This document shows positions 8,458 through 17,309 of a DNA stretch of 61,083 nt, piece after piece. A model generated the notes under the pieces. It was not told where the DNA came from and searched no databases. It was given only the letters and a program-made list of their open reading frames with translations. The stretch comes from Acidimicrobiia bacterium. Its GTDB lineage: Bacteria; Actinomycetota; Acidimicrobiia; Acidimicrobiales; SZUA-35. Location of the stretch: positions 1-61,083 of the forward strand of contig QIKW01000270.1 in assembly GCA_003231975.1 (NCBI GenBank). The letters are read 5' to 3'. The position numbers and the translations under genes were made by a program. How positions within the stretch are numbered: the stretch's first letter is position 1; each line of letters starts with the position of its first letter.

Positions 8458-9309
8458 ATGACCGGGATCGAGATCCTTATGGCAACTTCGGCCCTGCTGG
8501 CTGTGCCTGCCATCGCCAGCCGCTGGAAGATCAAGCCCCACCCGGTTGCGCTTGCCTCCGTATGGTCGGTTGGTCTGGCTGCTCTCATCGTGATGACAAC
8601 TTTGACAATTTGCGCGGTAGCTCTCATCGGTTGGTTTGCTTCTGGCGCTGAGAGCATGGCGTTCTCTCCCCGACACCTGATTCCCTCGGTCCCTTTCACC
8701 GGCTGGATCAGCCTGTTGATCATCACGTTGGCGTTCATCGGAGGGGCCCGGGCGTTCTTCTCCGCCCTTTGGCGCCGCCACTTGCTTTATGAGCAGCTTA
8801 GATTTGCTGACGTCACCAAGATCGACGACGTCGCAGTGGTAACGCTTCCGACTCAGGAGTTCGTCGCATTGGCGGTGCCGGGCCCAAAGGGATGCGTGCT
8901 GATGTCGCAGGGCGCAATCCAGCGCTTAACGGGTCCCGAACTTCTTGCGGTGGTTCATCATGAAGAAGCCCACCGCCGCCGGGGCCATCACCGTCACCTG
9001 CTGCTGGCCCGGGCAGCCGAGCGTGCACTGTGGTTCGTTCCAGGAATGCGGCATGCCACTCGAGCGCTTCGTAACTCGCTCGAAATCGTGGCTGATTCCG
9101 ACGCTTGCCAGGCGGTTGAGGCCTCCACACTCCGGGCCGCACTAGTTGACAACGCTTCTTCCAACGATCCAGTTGCCGCTAAGCGAATGAGCTTGTTGGA
9201 TCAGGATCCCTCTACTCGGTCTGCTCTGGCCGCTCTGTCGGTTGGCCTCGGCCTGGTGAGCGTGCTGGCCGTGGCACTTGAGCTAAGTTGGCTGGGGATC
9301 GGGATCTGA
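8458..9309 (+). CDS. M56/BlaR1-type membrane zinc metallopeptidase without an extracellular sensor domain
   Basis: TM helices, VVHHEEAHRR (HExxH) and ExxAD; adjacent to BlaI. Confidence 0.88.
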   Translation: MTGIEILMATSALLAVPAIASRWKIKPHPVALASVWSVGLAALIVMTTLTICAVALIGWFASGAESMAFSPRHLIPSVPFTGWISLLIITLAFIGGARAFFSALWRRHLLYEQLRFADVTKIDDVAVVTLPTQEFVALAVPGPKGCVLMSQGAIQRLTGPELLAVVHHEEAHRRRGHHRHLLLARAAERALWFVPGMRHATRALRNSLEIVADSDACQAVEASTLRAALVDNASSNDPVAAKRMSLLDQDPSTRSALAALSVGLGLVSVLAVALELSWLGIGI

Positions 9310-9329
9310 CAGATGGCGGTAGAGGGCCA

Positions 9330-9677
9330 ATGAGACGACAAAGAGGGGCACTGGAGCGCGCGGTACTTGAAGTTCTTTGGGATCACGGTGGCTGGCTCTC
9401 ACCAGGAGAGGTAAGCCAGCGGCTCGAAGCCGACCTTGCCTACACCACCGTTGTTACAGTGCTACGCAGGCTCTACGGGAAAGACATGTTGGCCAGAGAG
9501 TCCGAAGGACGGGCCCACGTGTACCGCCCCCATCGCACGCGCGAAGAGCACACGGCGGTGGCGATGGCCGACATTCTTACTGGGGCCCGAGACCCCGCAA
9601 CGGCGTTGAACCACTTTGTCGACACGCTCGGTGAAGACGATCGGCGCCAATTGCGCCGACTGCTGCGCCGCAGCTAG
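9330..9677 (+). CDS. BlaI/MecI/CopY-family repressor
   Basis: GALERAVLEVLW, LAYTTVVTVLRRLYGK, GRAHVY; no C-terminal Cys motif. Confidence 0.93.
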   Translation: MRRQRGALERAVLEVLWDHGGWLSPGEVSQRLEADLAYTTVVTVLRRLYGKDMLARESEGRAHVYRPHRTREEHTAVAMADILTGARDPATALNHFVDTLGEDDRRQLRRLLRRS

Positions 9678-9692
9678 TGCCGTGCCCGTGAA

Positions 9693-10808
9693 ATGAGCAA
9701 TGGGAGGGCCGAAGGCGAGAGAGCGGGGCAAGCGCCACTGCAACTGCGGTGCATGATCATGCGGGGTGGCACGTCCAAGGGGGCGTACCTGATGGCAGCC
9801 GACATGCCTGCTGACCCGGCCGCTAGGGATGATTTGGTGGTTCGGATCGTTGGGTCTCCCGACCCTCGCCAGATCGACGGTATGGGCGGCGCTCATTCAC
9901 TGACCACCAAGGTGGCAGTGGTCGGGCCCTCGTTGCGCGAAGACGCCGACGTCGACTATCTGTTCCTTCAGCCGTCGGTGGCCGAGGCAGTGGTGAGCGA
10001 CCGCCAGAATTGCGGCAACCTGTTGGCAGGAGTCGGCCCCTTTGCGGTTGAACGAGGCTTGGTGCCAGCAACTGATGGCACCACCGCTGTGCGGATACAC
10101 ATGGTCAACACCGCTTCGGTGGCAACAGCCCGGTTCGAGGTTCGAGGTGGCTCCCCGGTCTACAGCGGAGCCACCTCAATATCAGGGGTGCCCGGCTCGG
10201 CTGCGCCGATCCGCCTCGAGTTCGAAGGTATCGCTGGCGGTTCGTGCGGTGCGTTGCTTCCAACCGGCAATGCGGTTGACGTGGTTGCCGGTGTTGAGTG
10301 CACGCTGATTGACAACGGCATGCCGGTTGTGGTTGTTCGCGCCACAGATCTTGGCGTCAGCGGCTACGAGGACTGCGAAGACTTGGACGCCAATTCCAGC
10401 CTTCGGAGCGCGCTGAATCAGATCCGGCTTGTGGCTGGCCCACTGATGAACCTCGGGGACGTATCGACCACCACCGTTCCAAAGGTCACGATTGTGGCCC
10501 CTCCTCGCGCCGAGGGCGCTCTTTGCACCCGCACGTTCATACCCCATCGCTGCCACAGTTCCATTGGAGTGCTGGGGGCTGTGTCTGTGGCAACCGCGGC
10601 CAGGCTGGCGGATTCACCTGCCGCCTCGGTTTCCAACCTGGCCGAGACCGACACGGTTGTATCAATCGAGCATCCAACTGGGACCTTTGAGGCAAACGTC
10701 ACCGTTGCTTTCGCCAACGATGGAAGCCCGTTGGTCCGCCATGCGGGGATTGTGCGAACGGCCCGCAAGCTAATGGATGGCATGGTGTTCCCTCGGCCCT
10801 CCACCTAG
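9693..10808 (+). CDS. ligU: 4-oxalomesaconate tautomerase (PrpF/GalD/LigU family)
   Basis: MRGGTSKG, GSPDPRQIDGMGG, QNCGN, RTFIPHRCH, RTARKLMDG. Confidence 0.92.
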   Translation: MSNGRAEGERAGQAPLQLRCMIMRGGTSKGAYLMAADMPADPAARDDLVVRIVGSPDPRQIDGMGGAHSLTTKVAVVGPSLREDADVDYLFLQPSVAEAVVSDRQNCGNLLAGVGPFAVERGLVPATDGTTAVRIHMVNTASVATARFEVRGGSPVYSGATSISGVPGSAAPIRLEFEGIAGGSCGALLPTGNAVDVVAGVECTLIDNGMPVVVVRATDLGVSGYEDCEDLDANSSLRSALNQIRLVAGPLMNLGDVSTTTVPKVTIVAPPRAEGALCTRTFIPHRCHSSIGVLGAVSVATAARLADSPAASVSNLAETDTVVSIEHPTGTFEANVTVAFANDGSPLVRHAGIVRTARKLMDGMVFPRPST

Positions 10809-10848
10809 GCCGATGCAACACCCGCAAAGCTCAGACTTGGTTCGCTGT

Positions 10849-11544
10849 CTACCGGTCGGGAGGCGAGTCCAGATAGCGAACACCTAGATCGGTCAGACGC
10901 TGGCGTAGGCCATAAATGTCGAGGCCAAGCTCGCCTGCCTGAAGCCTGGCCCGCGTCTCCTCTTCTTTGGCCTCCCTGGTTTTCGCTGCCGCCAGTGCGG
11001 TGGCTGCTTCGGTGCGGGGCACAACCACAACACCGTCGTCGTCTGCGCAAATAATGTCTCCGGGCTTCACCACCTGTGCCCCAAGCACAACCGGAACATT
11101 CACCGACCCCGGAGATGCCTTGACGGTCCCCTCACAGCTAACGTGCGCAGCCCAGACGGGGAAGCTCATCTGGCGCAACTCGGCGGTGTCTCGAACACCG
11201 GCATCGATCACCAAACCACGAACGCCTCGACTCAGCAGCGAGGTGGCCAGAAGATCTCCAAACATCCCGTGGCTCGATGCGGATGTGTTGGCAACCACCA
11301 GAATGTCTCCTTTCTGGCACATCTCAACCGCGGCATGAATCATCAGGTTGTCACCGGGATGGCTGGAGACCGTCACGGCCGATCCCGCAATCCGGGAACC
11401 TTCCTGGATTGGTCGAATGTGAGGCCCCAAGAACCCGCTCCGCCCAATTGCTTCATGAATTGTTGCTGCGCCAAGCCGAGCTAACTGGTCTATCTCGGCC
11501 GATGCGGCCCGTTTGATATTGCGGACAACAACGTTCTTACTCAT
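10849..11544 (-). CDS. ligK: 4-carboxy-4-hydroxy-2-oxoadipate / HMG aldolase
   Basis: VVRNIKR, PGDNLMIH, GMFGDLL, DAGVRD, ADDDGVV, GELGLDIY. Confidence 0.95.
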   Translation of the reverse strand: MSKNVVVRNIKRAASAEIDQLARLGAATIHEAIGRSGFLGPHIRPIQEGSRIAGSAVTVSSHPGDNLMIHAAVEMCQKGDILVVANTSASSHGMFGDLLATSLLSRGVRGLVIDAGVRDTAELRQMSFPVWAAHVSCEGTVKASPGSVNVPVVLGAQVVKPGDIICADDDGVVVVPRTEAATALAAAKTREAKEEETRARLQAGELGLDIYGLRQRLTDLGVRYLDSPPDR

Positions 11545-12554
11545 GTCGGTACCAACTCGTGAAGACCGGGAAACACCCGAAACGCATTGCCGGCGAAGAC
11601 CGCCTCGCGTTCCGAGTCAGAAACCTCGGCCCGATCGATGTAGCGCTTTGTGTCATCGTAAAACTCACCGGTTTCAGGGTCAACCCCGCGAACCGCGCCA
11701 ACCATCTCAGACCCGAAAAGGATGTTTTTGGTTGGAACCACCTTGAGCAGAAGGTCAACACCTGGCTGGTGGTAGACACAGGTGTCAAACCAGATGTGGT
11801 CGGCCAGATGGTGAAAATCCCAACCCGCGTCGGCAGCCATCCCCTTGAAACGACCCCAGTGGTACGGCACAGCACCGCCTCCATGAGGAATGACAAACCG
11901 CAGGCCCGGAAAGTCCTTCATGAAACCAGACGAGAGCGCTTGCATGAACGCGGTGGTGTCTGCCCCAAGATAGTGAGAGCCGGTGGTGTGGAAGTTCGGG
12001 TTGCAGGCGGCACTGACATGAATCATGGCAGGCACATCTAGCTCAACCAGGGATTCCCACAACGGCCACCAGTACCGGTCAAAGAGTGGCGGGCCGGTCC
12101 AGTTGCCACCGCTGGGATCGGGGTTGACATTGCAGCCAATGAATCCCATCTCAGTGACGCACCGGCGCAACTCGTGAACTGATCCGGTGATCGACACGCC
12201 GGGAGACTGCGGCAACTGACACACCGGGACGAAGTTCTGCGGGTACAGATTGCAAACCCGACGGATTAGCTCATTCTGATGCTGGCTCCAAAACGTTGAA
12301 GTGTGTTCGTTGCCGACGTGATGAGCCATCCAACTGGCCCGCGGCGAAAATAGGGTGAGGTCGGTGCCACGCTCGCTCTGAAGCTTCAGTTGGGCTTCTT
12401 CGAGGCTTTGGCGCAGCTCGTCATCGCTGACAACGATGGCTCCCTTTTGACCAACCAACGCGGGGTCGGCCTTTACAGCCTCCACTTGGGCGTCTCGCCA
12501 CCTGCCGACAGCAGGCGGTGTTGTGGTGTAGTGGCCATGGCAGTCAATGATCAA
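11541..12554 (-). CDS. ligJ: 4-oxalomesaconate hydratase (amidohydrolase 2 family)
   Basis: IIDCHGHYTT, FSPRASWMAHH, PHGGGAVPYHWGRF, FGSEMVGAVRG; TTG 12554 after GAGGAG. Confidence 0.95.
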   Translation of the reverse strand: MIIDCHGHYTTTPPAVGRWRDAQVEAVKADPALVGQKGAIVVSDDELRQSLEEAQLKLQSERGTDLTLFSPRASWMAHHVGNEHTSTFWSQHQNELIRRVCNLYPQNFVPVCQLPQSPGVSITGSVHELRRCVTEMGFIGCNVNPDPSGGNWTGPPLFDRYWWPLWESLVELDVPAMIHVSAACNPNFHTTGSHYLGADTTAFMQALSSGFMKDFPGLRFVIPHGGGAVPYHWGRFKGMAADAGWDFHHLADHIWFDTCVYHQPGVDLLLKVVPTKNILFGSEMVGAVRGVDPETGEFYDDTKRYIDRAEVSDSEREAVFAGNAFRVFPGLHELVPT

Positions 12555-12605
12555 TACTTCTCCTCGGTTTTGAGGTCCGCCAACCGGAGGAGAGTGTACG
12601 CAAAA

Positions 12606-12615
12606 TTGTGCACAA
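12606..12615. promoter_or_regulatory. Palindrome TTGTGCACAA, candidate GntR/FadR-type operator
   Basis: Perfect 10-bp palindrome in the divergent ligJ/ABC promoter region. Confidence 0.55.
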
Positions 12616-12719
12616 CTTCTGGCCAAAGGAGCCAACGCGGTCAATACTGAAGACTTGGCCACGAGCTGCTGGCTAGTATCTGCACCGACACCGACATGTC
12701 GGTCAACAAAGGGGACTAA

Positions 12720-13967
12720 GTGATTCAGAAACGATCAACCACGCGGTTAGCACTGCTGTTTGGTTTTGCGCTGGTAGCGGCCGCCTGCGGGGCCGATGCC
12801 GACGACACAGCGCCAGCCAGCGACACCGAGGCGCCTGCGGACGCCGAACCCGCAAACACCGAGCCAATCAAGATCGGGGCTCTCACTTCTCTTACCGGAG
12901 TGTTCACATCGTGGGGGATCCCGTCAAGCAAGGGCATGCAGCTGGCAGTTGATGAGATTAATGCGGCGGGCGGTGTCGACGGCCGCATGTTGGAACTGGT
13001 TGTTGTTGATGACCAGTCAAACCCTGAAGAGGCGGTGATTGCGTTTGAACGCCTGATCGAAGAAGGTGTGGTTGCAGTTGGCGGCACCATCTCAAGTGGT
13101 GTGGGGCTGGCTACTGCCTTGGTGGCTGAGGAGCAACAAATTCCGCTCTTCCTCAGCAAAGCCGGATCGGCTGCCATCCTCACCACCGACAGCCGCTACA
13201 CGTTCAGGACGTGCCTCCCTGCCGCGCCAATGATCGCCGAACCCTGGGCCCAGTACGCAACCGAGCAAGGCTTCACCAGGATCGGCGTGATCATCGCCGA
13301 CTACGAGTGGGGCCAGTCATTCGGAAGCGCAGTCGAGTCTGAGTTTGGGAGCTTGGACGGCGTCGAGTACCAAATCGAAGTGGCCCCTGTGCCCGAGCAA
13401 GACTTCACCACCTACCTGCGGAGCCTTGAAGCATTCGAGCCAGACCTCATTCTTGGCACGGGCCACCCACCAGGCGTTGCTGCTATCACGGTGCAGTCTG
13501 CCGATCTTGGGTTTGACGTTGGGGTCTCTGGGCCGTCATCTTCACTGTCGGCAGTGATGAGCGCCGTAGGCGATTCGGCTATCGGCCGCTACCTCGACTA
13601 CAGCTGCGCCGACTACTTCAGCGATTCCTACCAGGATCTGGCTAAGCGCTACATAGCTTCCTCCGGGGAAACCTTCATGGAAGACGACGCCGTGGCAGGA
13701 TTCGGCGTTGTCACAATGGTTGCCGATGCGGTCAAGAATGTTGGCGACGATCCCGCCGCAATAGCGGCATACCTCCACACCCAGACTTATGACCTGCCCG
13801 GCTATGCCTTCCAGATGGGTTGGACCGAGTGGGGCGAATTGGCAACCTCCCAGCCGTTGTTGATCCAGGTTGGGGCCGGGCCGGCGCCGGAGGGCTTGAA
13901 CACCGGCGGAGACTGGTACCCCGAGCTTTTGCTCTTGCCAGATGTGCTTGAGCCCTATGTCCCGTAA
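12720..13967 (+). CDS. ABC substrate-binding lipoprotein, Liv/HAAT family, probably for aromatic acids
   Basis: Lipobox AAAC; IKIG..LTG, INAAGGVDGR..DDQS, YTFRT. Confidence 0.9.
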   Translation: MIQKRSTTRLALLFGFALVAAACGADADDTAPASDTEAPADAEPANTEPIKIGALTSLTGVFTSWGIPSSKGMQLAVDEINAAGGVDGRMLELVVVDDQSNPEEAVIAFERLIEEGVVAVGGTISSGVGLATALVAEEQQIPLFLSKAGSAAILTTDSRYTFRTCLPAAPMIAEPWAQYATEQGFTRIGVIIADYEWGQSFGSAVESEFGSLDGVEYQIEVAPVPEQDFTTYLRSLEAFEPDLILGTGHPPGVAAITVQSADLGFDVGVSGPSSSLSAVMSAVGDSAIGRYLDYSCADYFSDSYQDLAKRYIASSGETFMEDDAVAGFGVVTMVADAVKNVGDDPAAIAAYLHTQTYDLPGYAFQMGWTEWGELATSQPLLIQVGAGPAPEGLNTGGDWYPELLLLPDVLEPYVP

Positions 13968-13973
13968 CAATCG

Positions 13974-14717
13974 GTGACCCTTCTGGAACTGGCCGGAGTT
14001 GAGAAACACTTCGGCGGTCTCCCCGCCGTCGCAGGCGTGGATCTCAAGGTCAACGAGGGCGAGATTCTCGCCCTCGTTGGCCCCAACGGAGCAGGCAAGA
14101 GCACTCTGCTAAAAGCCATCAGCGGTCTCCAGCCGCCAACTCTTGGAAGTATCAAGCTTCTTGGCAAGGAGATCGCCGGTTTGTCGGCCCACCAGACCCG
14201 CAGGCGAGGCGTGGCAATGGTGCTGCAAACCCCGCGCACGTTCCATTCAATGACTGTTCGGGAGAACGTGATGATCGGCGCCATGTTCGGCTCATCCGCC
14301 GGAACAACCAGTGCCCCCTCAATCGCAGATCGGGCTAACGAGTCCCTCGGATTCGTTGGCCTCACTCACCTGGCAGACCAGTCTGTAGACACCCTCAACC
14401 TGCACCAGCAGAGGTTTCTGGAGCTGGCAAGATCCCTGGCAGGCAGGCCCAAACTGTTGCTGTTGGATGAGGTAATGGCTGGCCTGAACGACACCGAACT
14501 GCGGGCCTCCATAGACATCGTGAGGCTGGCGAGGGATCAGCTCGGCGTTACCGTCATCTGGGTCGAACACGTGATGAAGGCCGTGATGAGCCTGGCCGAG
14601 CGGGTGGTTGTGCTTGACTTCGGGTCGCTGCTGGCCGACGGCCAACCAGCCGACGTGATGCGCAATCCCAAGGTGGTAGCCGCCTATCTGGGCGCAGAAA
14701 TCCAAACCAATGGCTGA
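13974..14717 (+). CDS. ABC ATPase, LivG-like
   Basis: GPNGAGKST, LLLLDE, VEH. Confidence 0.92.
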   Translation: MTLLELAGVEKHFGGLPAVAGVDLKVNEGEILALVGPNGAGKSTLLKAISGLQPPTLGSIKLLGKEIAGLSAHQTRRRGVAMVLQTPRTFHSMTVRENVMIGAMFGSSAGTTSAPSIADRANESLGFVGLTHLADQSVDTLNLHQQRFLELARSLAGRPKLLLLDEVMAGLNDTELRASIDIVRLARDQLGVTVIWVEHVMKAVMSLAERVVVLDFGSLLADGQPADVMRNPKVVAAYLGAEIQTNG

Positions 14718-15420
14718 GGACCTCCTTACCGTCTCAGCCCTCTCGGCGGGGTATCTGGGCGAAGACGTTCTCTCCGAGGTAACGCTCGATGTTGCCTCCG
14801 GCGAAGCCGTTGCGGTAATTGGATCGAACGGCGCAGGCAAGACCACTCTGCTGAGGGCGATCTGTGGCCTTTTGCCAACAACCGCTGGCTCGGTCCATTT
14901 CGGCCAAACCAAGCTGACCGGCCTTGGCGCCCACAGTATTGCCCGCGCTGGAATCGCCTTTGTGCCTGCCGAGCGCCATCTGTTTCCAACAATGTCGGTA
15001 AGGGACAACCTCTCGCTTGGCGCATACCCGAAGCGCCATCAACACGCCAAGCTTGAATTTGTATTCGAGCTCTTCCCACGACTGGAGGAGCGCGGGGGCC
15101 AGCACGCTGGAACAATGAGCGGCGGCGAGCAACAGATGCTGGCGGTTGGGCGGGCGCTTATGTCAGAGCCTCGGCTGCTGGTGCTGGACGAGCCAACAAC
15201 AGGCCTTTCCCCGCTGCTGGCAACCGAGGCCTACAGCGCACTAGCCAAGTTGCGGGCCGACGGTCTGACCATTCTTGTTGCCGAGCAGCAGGTGCCGCTT
15301 GCGCTCAGCCTGGCCGACCGCGGCTATGTACTTGATCACGGAAAAATCCAGCTTTCTGGGCAGGCGGCCGAGTTGGCTGACGACCCAGGTGTTCGCAAGG
15401 CATACATGGGGGTGACGTGA
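14710..15420 (+). CDS. ABC ATPase, LivF-like
   Basis: GSNGAGKTT, MSGGEQQ, LDEP. Confidence 0.92.
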   Translation: MAEDLLTVSALSAGYLGEDVLSEVTLDVASGEAVAVIGSNGAGKTTLLRAICGLLPTTAGSVHFGQTKLTGLGAHSIARAGIAFVPAERHLFPTMSVRDNLSLGAYPKRHQHAKLEFVFELFPRLEERGGQHAGTMSGGEQQMLAVGRALMSEPRLLVLDEPTTGLSPLLATEAYSALAKLRADGLTILVAEQQVPLALSLADRGYVLDHGKIQLSGQAAELADDPGVRKAYMGVT

Positions 15421-16274
15421 CAGCTGTAGTGCTTGACGGAATTGTTCTAGGCCTCCAATTGGGCTTGCTCGGGGTTGGCCTCACGCTGGTCTATGGCCTC
15501 GGCGGCGTCCTCAACCTGGCTCACGGTCAATTCGCGGTTCTTGGAGCAATCGTTATCGCCAGAATGCTCGACGCCAGCTTCTCACTTTGGGTGGCAATCC
15601 CGGTTGGGCTGGTGTGCATCGGGCTGGTTGGGCTCCTCATCGATCTCACTTTGATGCGACCGGTTTACAAACTCAGGGGCGAAGAGCGGGTACTGCTTGG
15701 GCTGCTGTTGATGCTGGGTGTTGGCACGATCATCGACGGGCTACTCGAGTGGCGCTACCCAATTGAGGCTCTCAGCATTCGTATCAGCGGAGACCCAGTG
15801 CCAATTCTGGGGGTCTCCATGCGCATCGGCGGCCTGGTTGGATCCGGAATTGCTCTGGTCGCGGGGGCCGCTCTCTTCGTCTTCTTCCGATTCTCAACCT
15901 TTGGCCGCGCTACCCGATCGGTAATTCAGGACGAGGAAGGAGCCAGGCTGTGCGGCATCAACCCGGCTACGGTCCGCACCACTATCTTCGCGCTCAGCGC
16001 AGTTCTTGCCGGTCTGGTTGCCATTGCGAGGGCAATGACCGCCCCAATCGTGGTGACCGGAGGCGTCAGGCTCACGATTCTGGCGCTAATAGTTGCAGTC
16101 GTTGGCGGCCTTGGCAGCGTGTCGGGCGCGTTCCTGGCTGGGATTCTGCTTGGCGTCGTTAGCACTGTGAGCGCCTTCTACATCGGCTCGTACATAACCT
16201 CGATCATCTTGCTGGCCACGGCCGCCATTACAATCGTGTTCAGACCAAGCGGCCTGCTGGGTCACCGGCCATGA
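15417..16274 (+). CDS. ABC permease, LivH-like
   Basis: GLTLVYG..VLNLAHG, VVGGLGS, FRPSGLLG. Confidence 0.92.
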   Translation: MTAVVLDGIVLGLQLGLLGVGLTLVYGLGGVLNLAHGQFAVLGAIVIARMLDASFSLWVAIPVGLVCIGLVGLLIDLTLMRPVYKLRGEERVLLGLLLMLGVGTIIDGLLEWRYPIEALSIRISGDPVPILGVSMRIGGLVGSGIALVAGAALFVFFRFSTFGRATRSVIQDEEGARLCGINPATVRTTIFALSAVLAGLVAIARAMTAPIVVTGGVRLTILALIVAVVGGLGSVSGAFLAGILLGVVSTVSAFYIGSYITSIILLATAAITIVFRPSGLLGHRP

Positions 16275-17305
16275 CCGCTCCCGGCCAGACTTCCAGGCCT
16301 GTCGGGGCTCGCTCTCCAAGCTGGCAGGCCCCGTCGTTGCTACGCGGCTATGCCCCAATCGGGGCAGTGGCGCTGTTGCTGGCCCTGGTTCCCATCTTCT
16401 TTCAGAATTCACCGTCACGAATGACAGTGATCATCGTCGGAATGCTCTTTGCGGCGTACGCCATCTCGTTCAACATCATTTTCGGCAGCACCGGTCAACT
16501 GTTTCTTTGCACGGGCGCGCTGGCCGGAATCGGTGGTTTCTCATCGGCCATCCTCAGCGAAAGGGGCGTGCCGATGCTGGTGAGCATCCCACTGGGAGGT
16601 CTGCTGGCCGCGCTGGTTGGCGGCCTCCTCAGCTGGGTTGCGGTAAGGAGGTCCCTTGACACCATATTCACCGGTGTTGTCACCCTTGCCTTCTCGCTCT
16701 CTTATGACAATCTGGTGCTGGGCCGCAAAGACCTAACCGGCGGCGAAACCGGGCTGCGGGTTGGGGCTGGGTCCGACACAATTCTTACCGACCAGGTGAA
16801 GCCCTACTACGTCTTCCTGGCTCTCGTTGTCGCCTACCTTGTGCTGTACCGGGCAATCCAAAGATCCCACTTGGGCTGGGCGTTCCGAGCCCTGCGAGAC
16901 GATGAGGTTGCAGCCGAACTGGCAGGCGTGAACGTTGCCCGCTATCGGGTCTACGCTGGCTTGATCGGTTCTGGAATGCTTGGGATCGCCGGAGCGTTGT
17001 TTGCCCATCACCGTGGTTTCATCGGCCCAACAACTTACGCATTCGGCGACGTAGACGTTCGGGTACTCGTGATGCTGACCTTCGGCGGAGTCGGTTCCCT
17101 GCTCGGGCCGGTTCTTGGCGCCATCGTGTTCACAATCCTCGACGAGATCCTGGTTGGCTTCAACCAGCTTCGCATCGTGTTGTACGGCGTCACAATCGTT
17201 GCGCTGTTCCTTGGTTTCCGCCGCGGTGTGATTCCAACCTTGGAGACCGCCCGATCCAAGAAGCGAAGGACGCCAGCTGCATCCACCAAGTCTGCTGAAG
17301 ACTGA
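16271..17305 (+). CDS. ABC permease, LivM-like
   Basis: LTGGETG, ALRDDEVAAELAGVN, GGVGSLLGP. Confidence 0.92.
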   Translation: MTAPGQTSRPVGARSPSWQAPSLLRGYAPIGAVALLLALVPIFFQNSPSRMTVIIVGMLFAAYAISFNIIFGSTGQLFLCTGALAGIGGFSSAILSERGVPMLVSIPLGGLLAALVGGLLSWVAVRRSLDTIFTGVVTLAFSLSYDNLVLGRKDLTGGETGLRVGAGSDTILTDQVKPYYVFLALVVAYLVLYRAIQRSHLGWAFRALRDDEVAAELAGVNVARYRVYAGLIGSGMLGIAGALFAHHRGFIGPTTYAFGDVDVRVLVMLTFGGVGSLLGPVLGAIVFTILDEILVGFNQLRIVLYGVTIVALFLGFRRGVIPTLETARSKKRRTPAASTKSAED

Positions 17306-17309
17306 GGGG

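Noticed and set aside
8458..9677. Beta-lactam resistance module (BlaRI plus the serine hydrolase at 59791)
   Set aside because: The peptidase lacks a penicillin-binding domain, the operators face the oxidase, and the hydrolase is 50 kb away and esterase-like.
17035..17309. C-terminal part of the 445-aa ORF 17035-18372
   Set aside because: Out-of-frame run-on after the hpaB deletion, antisense to livM.
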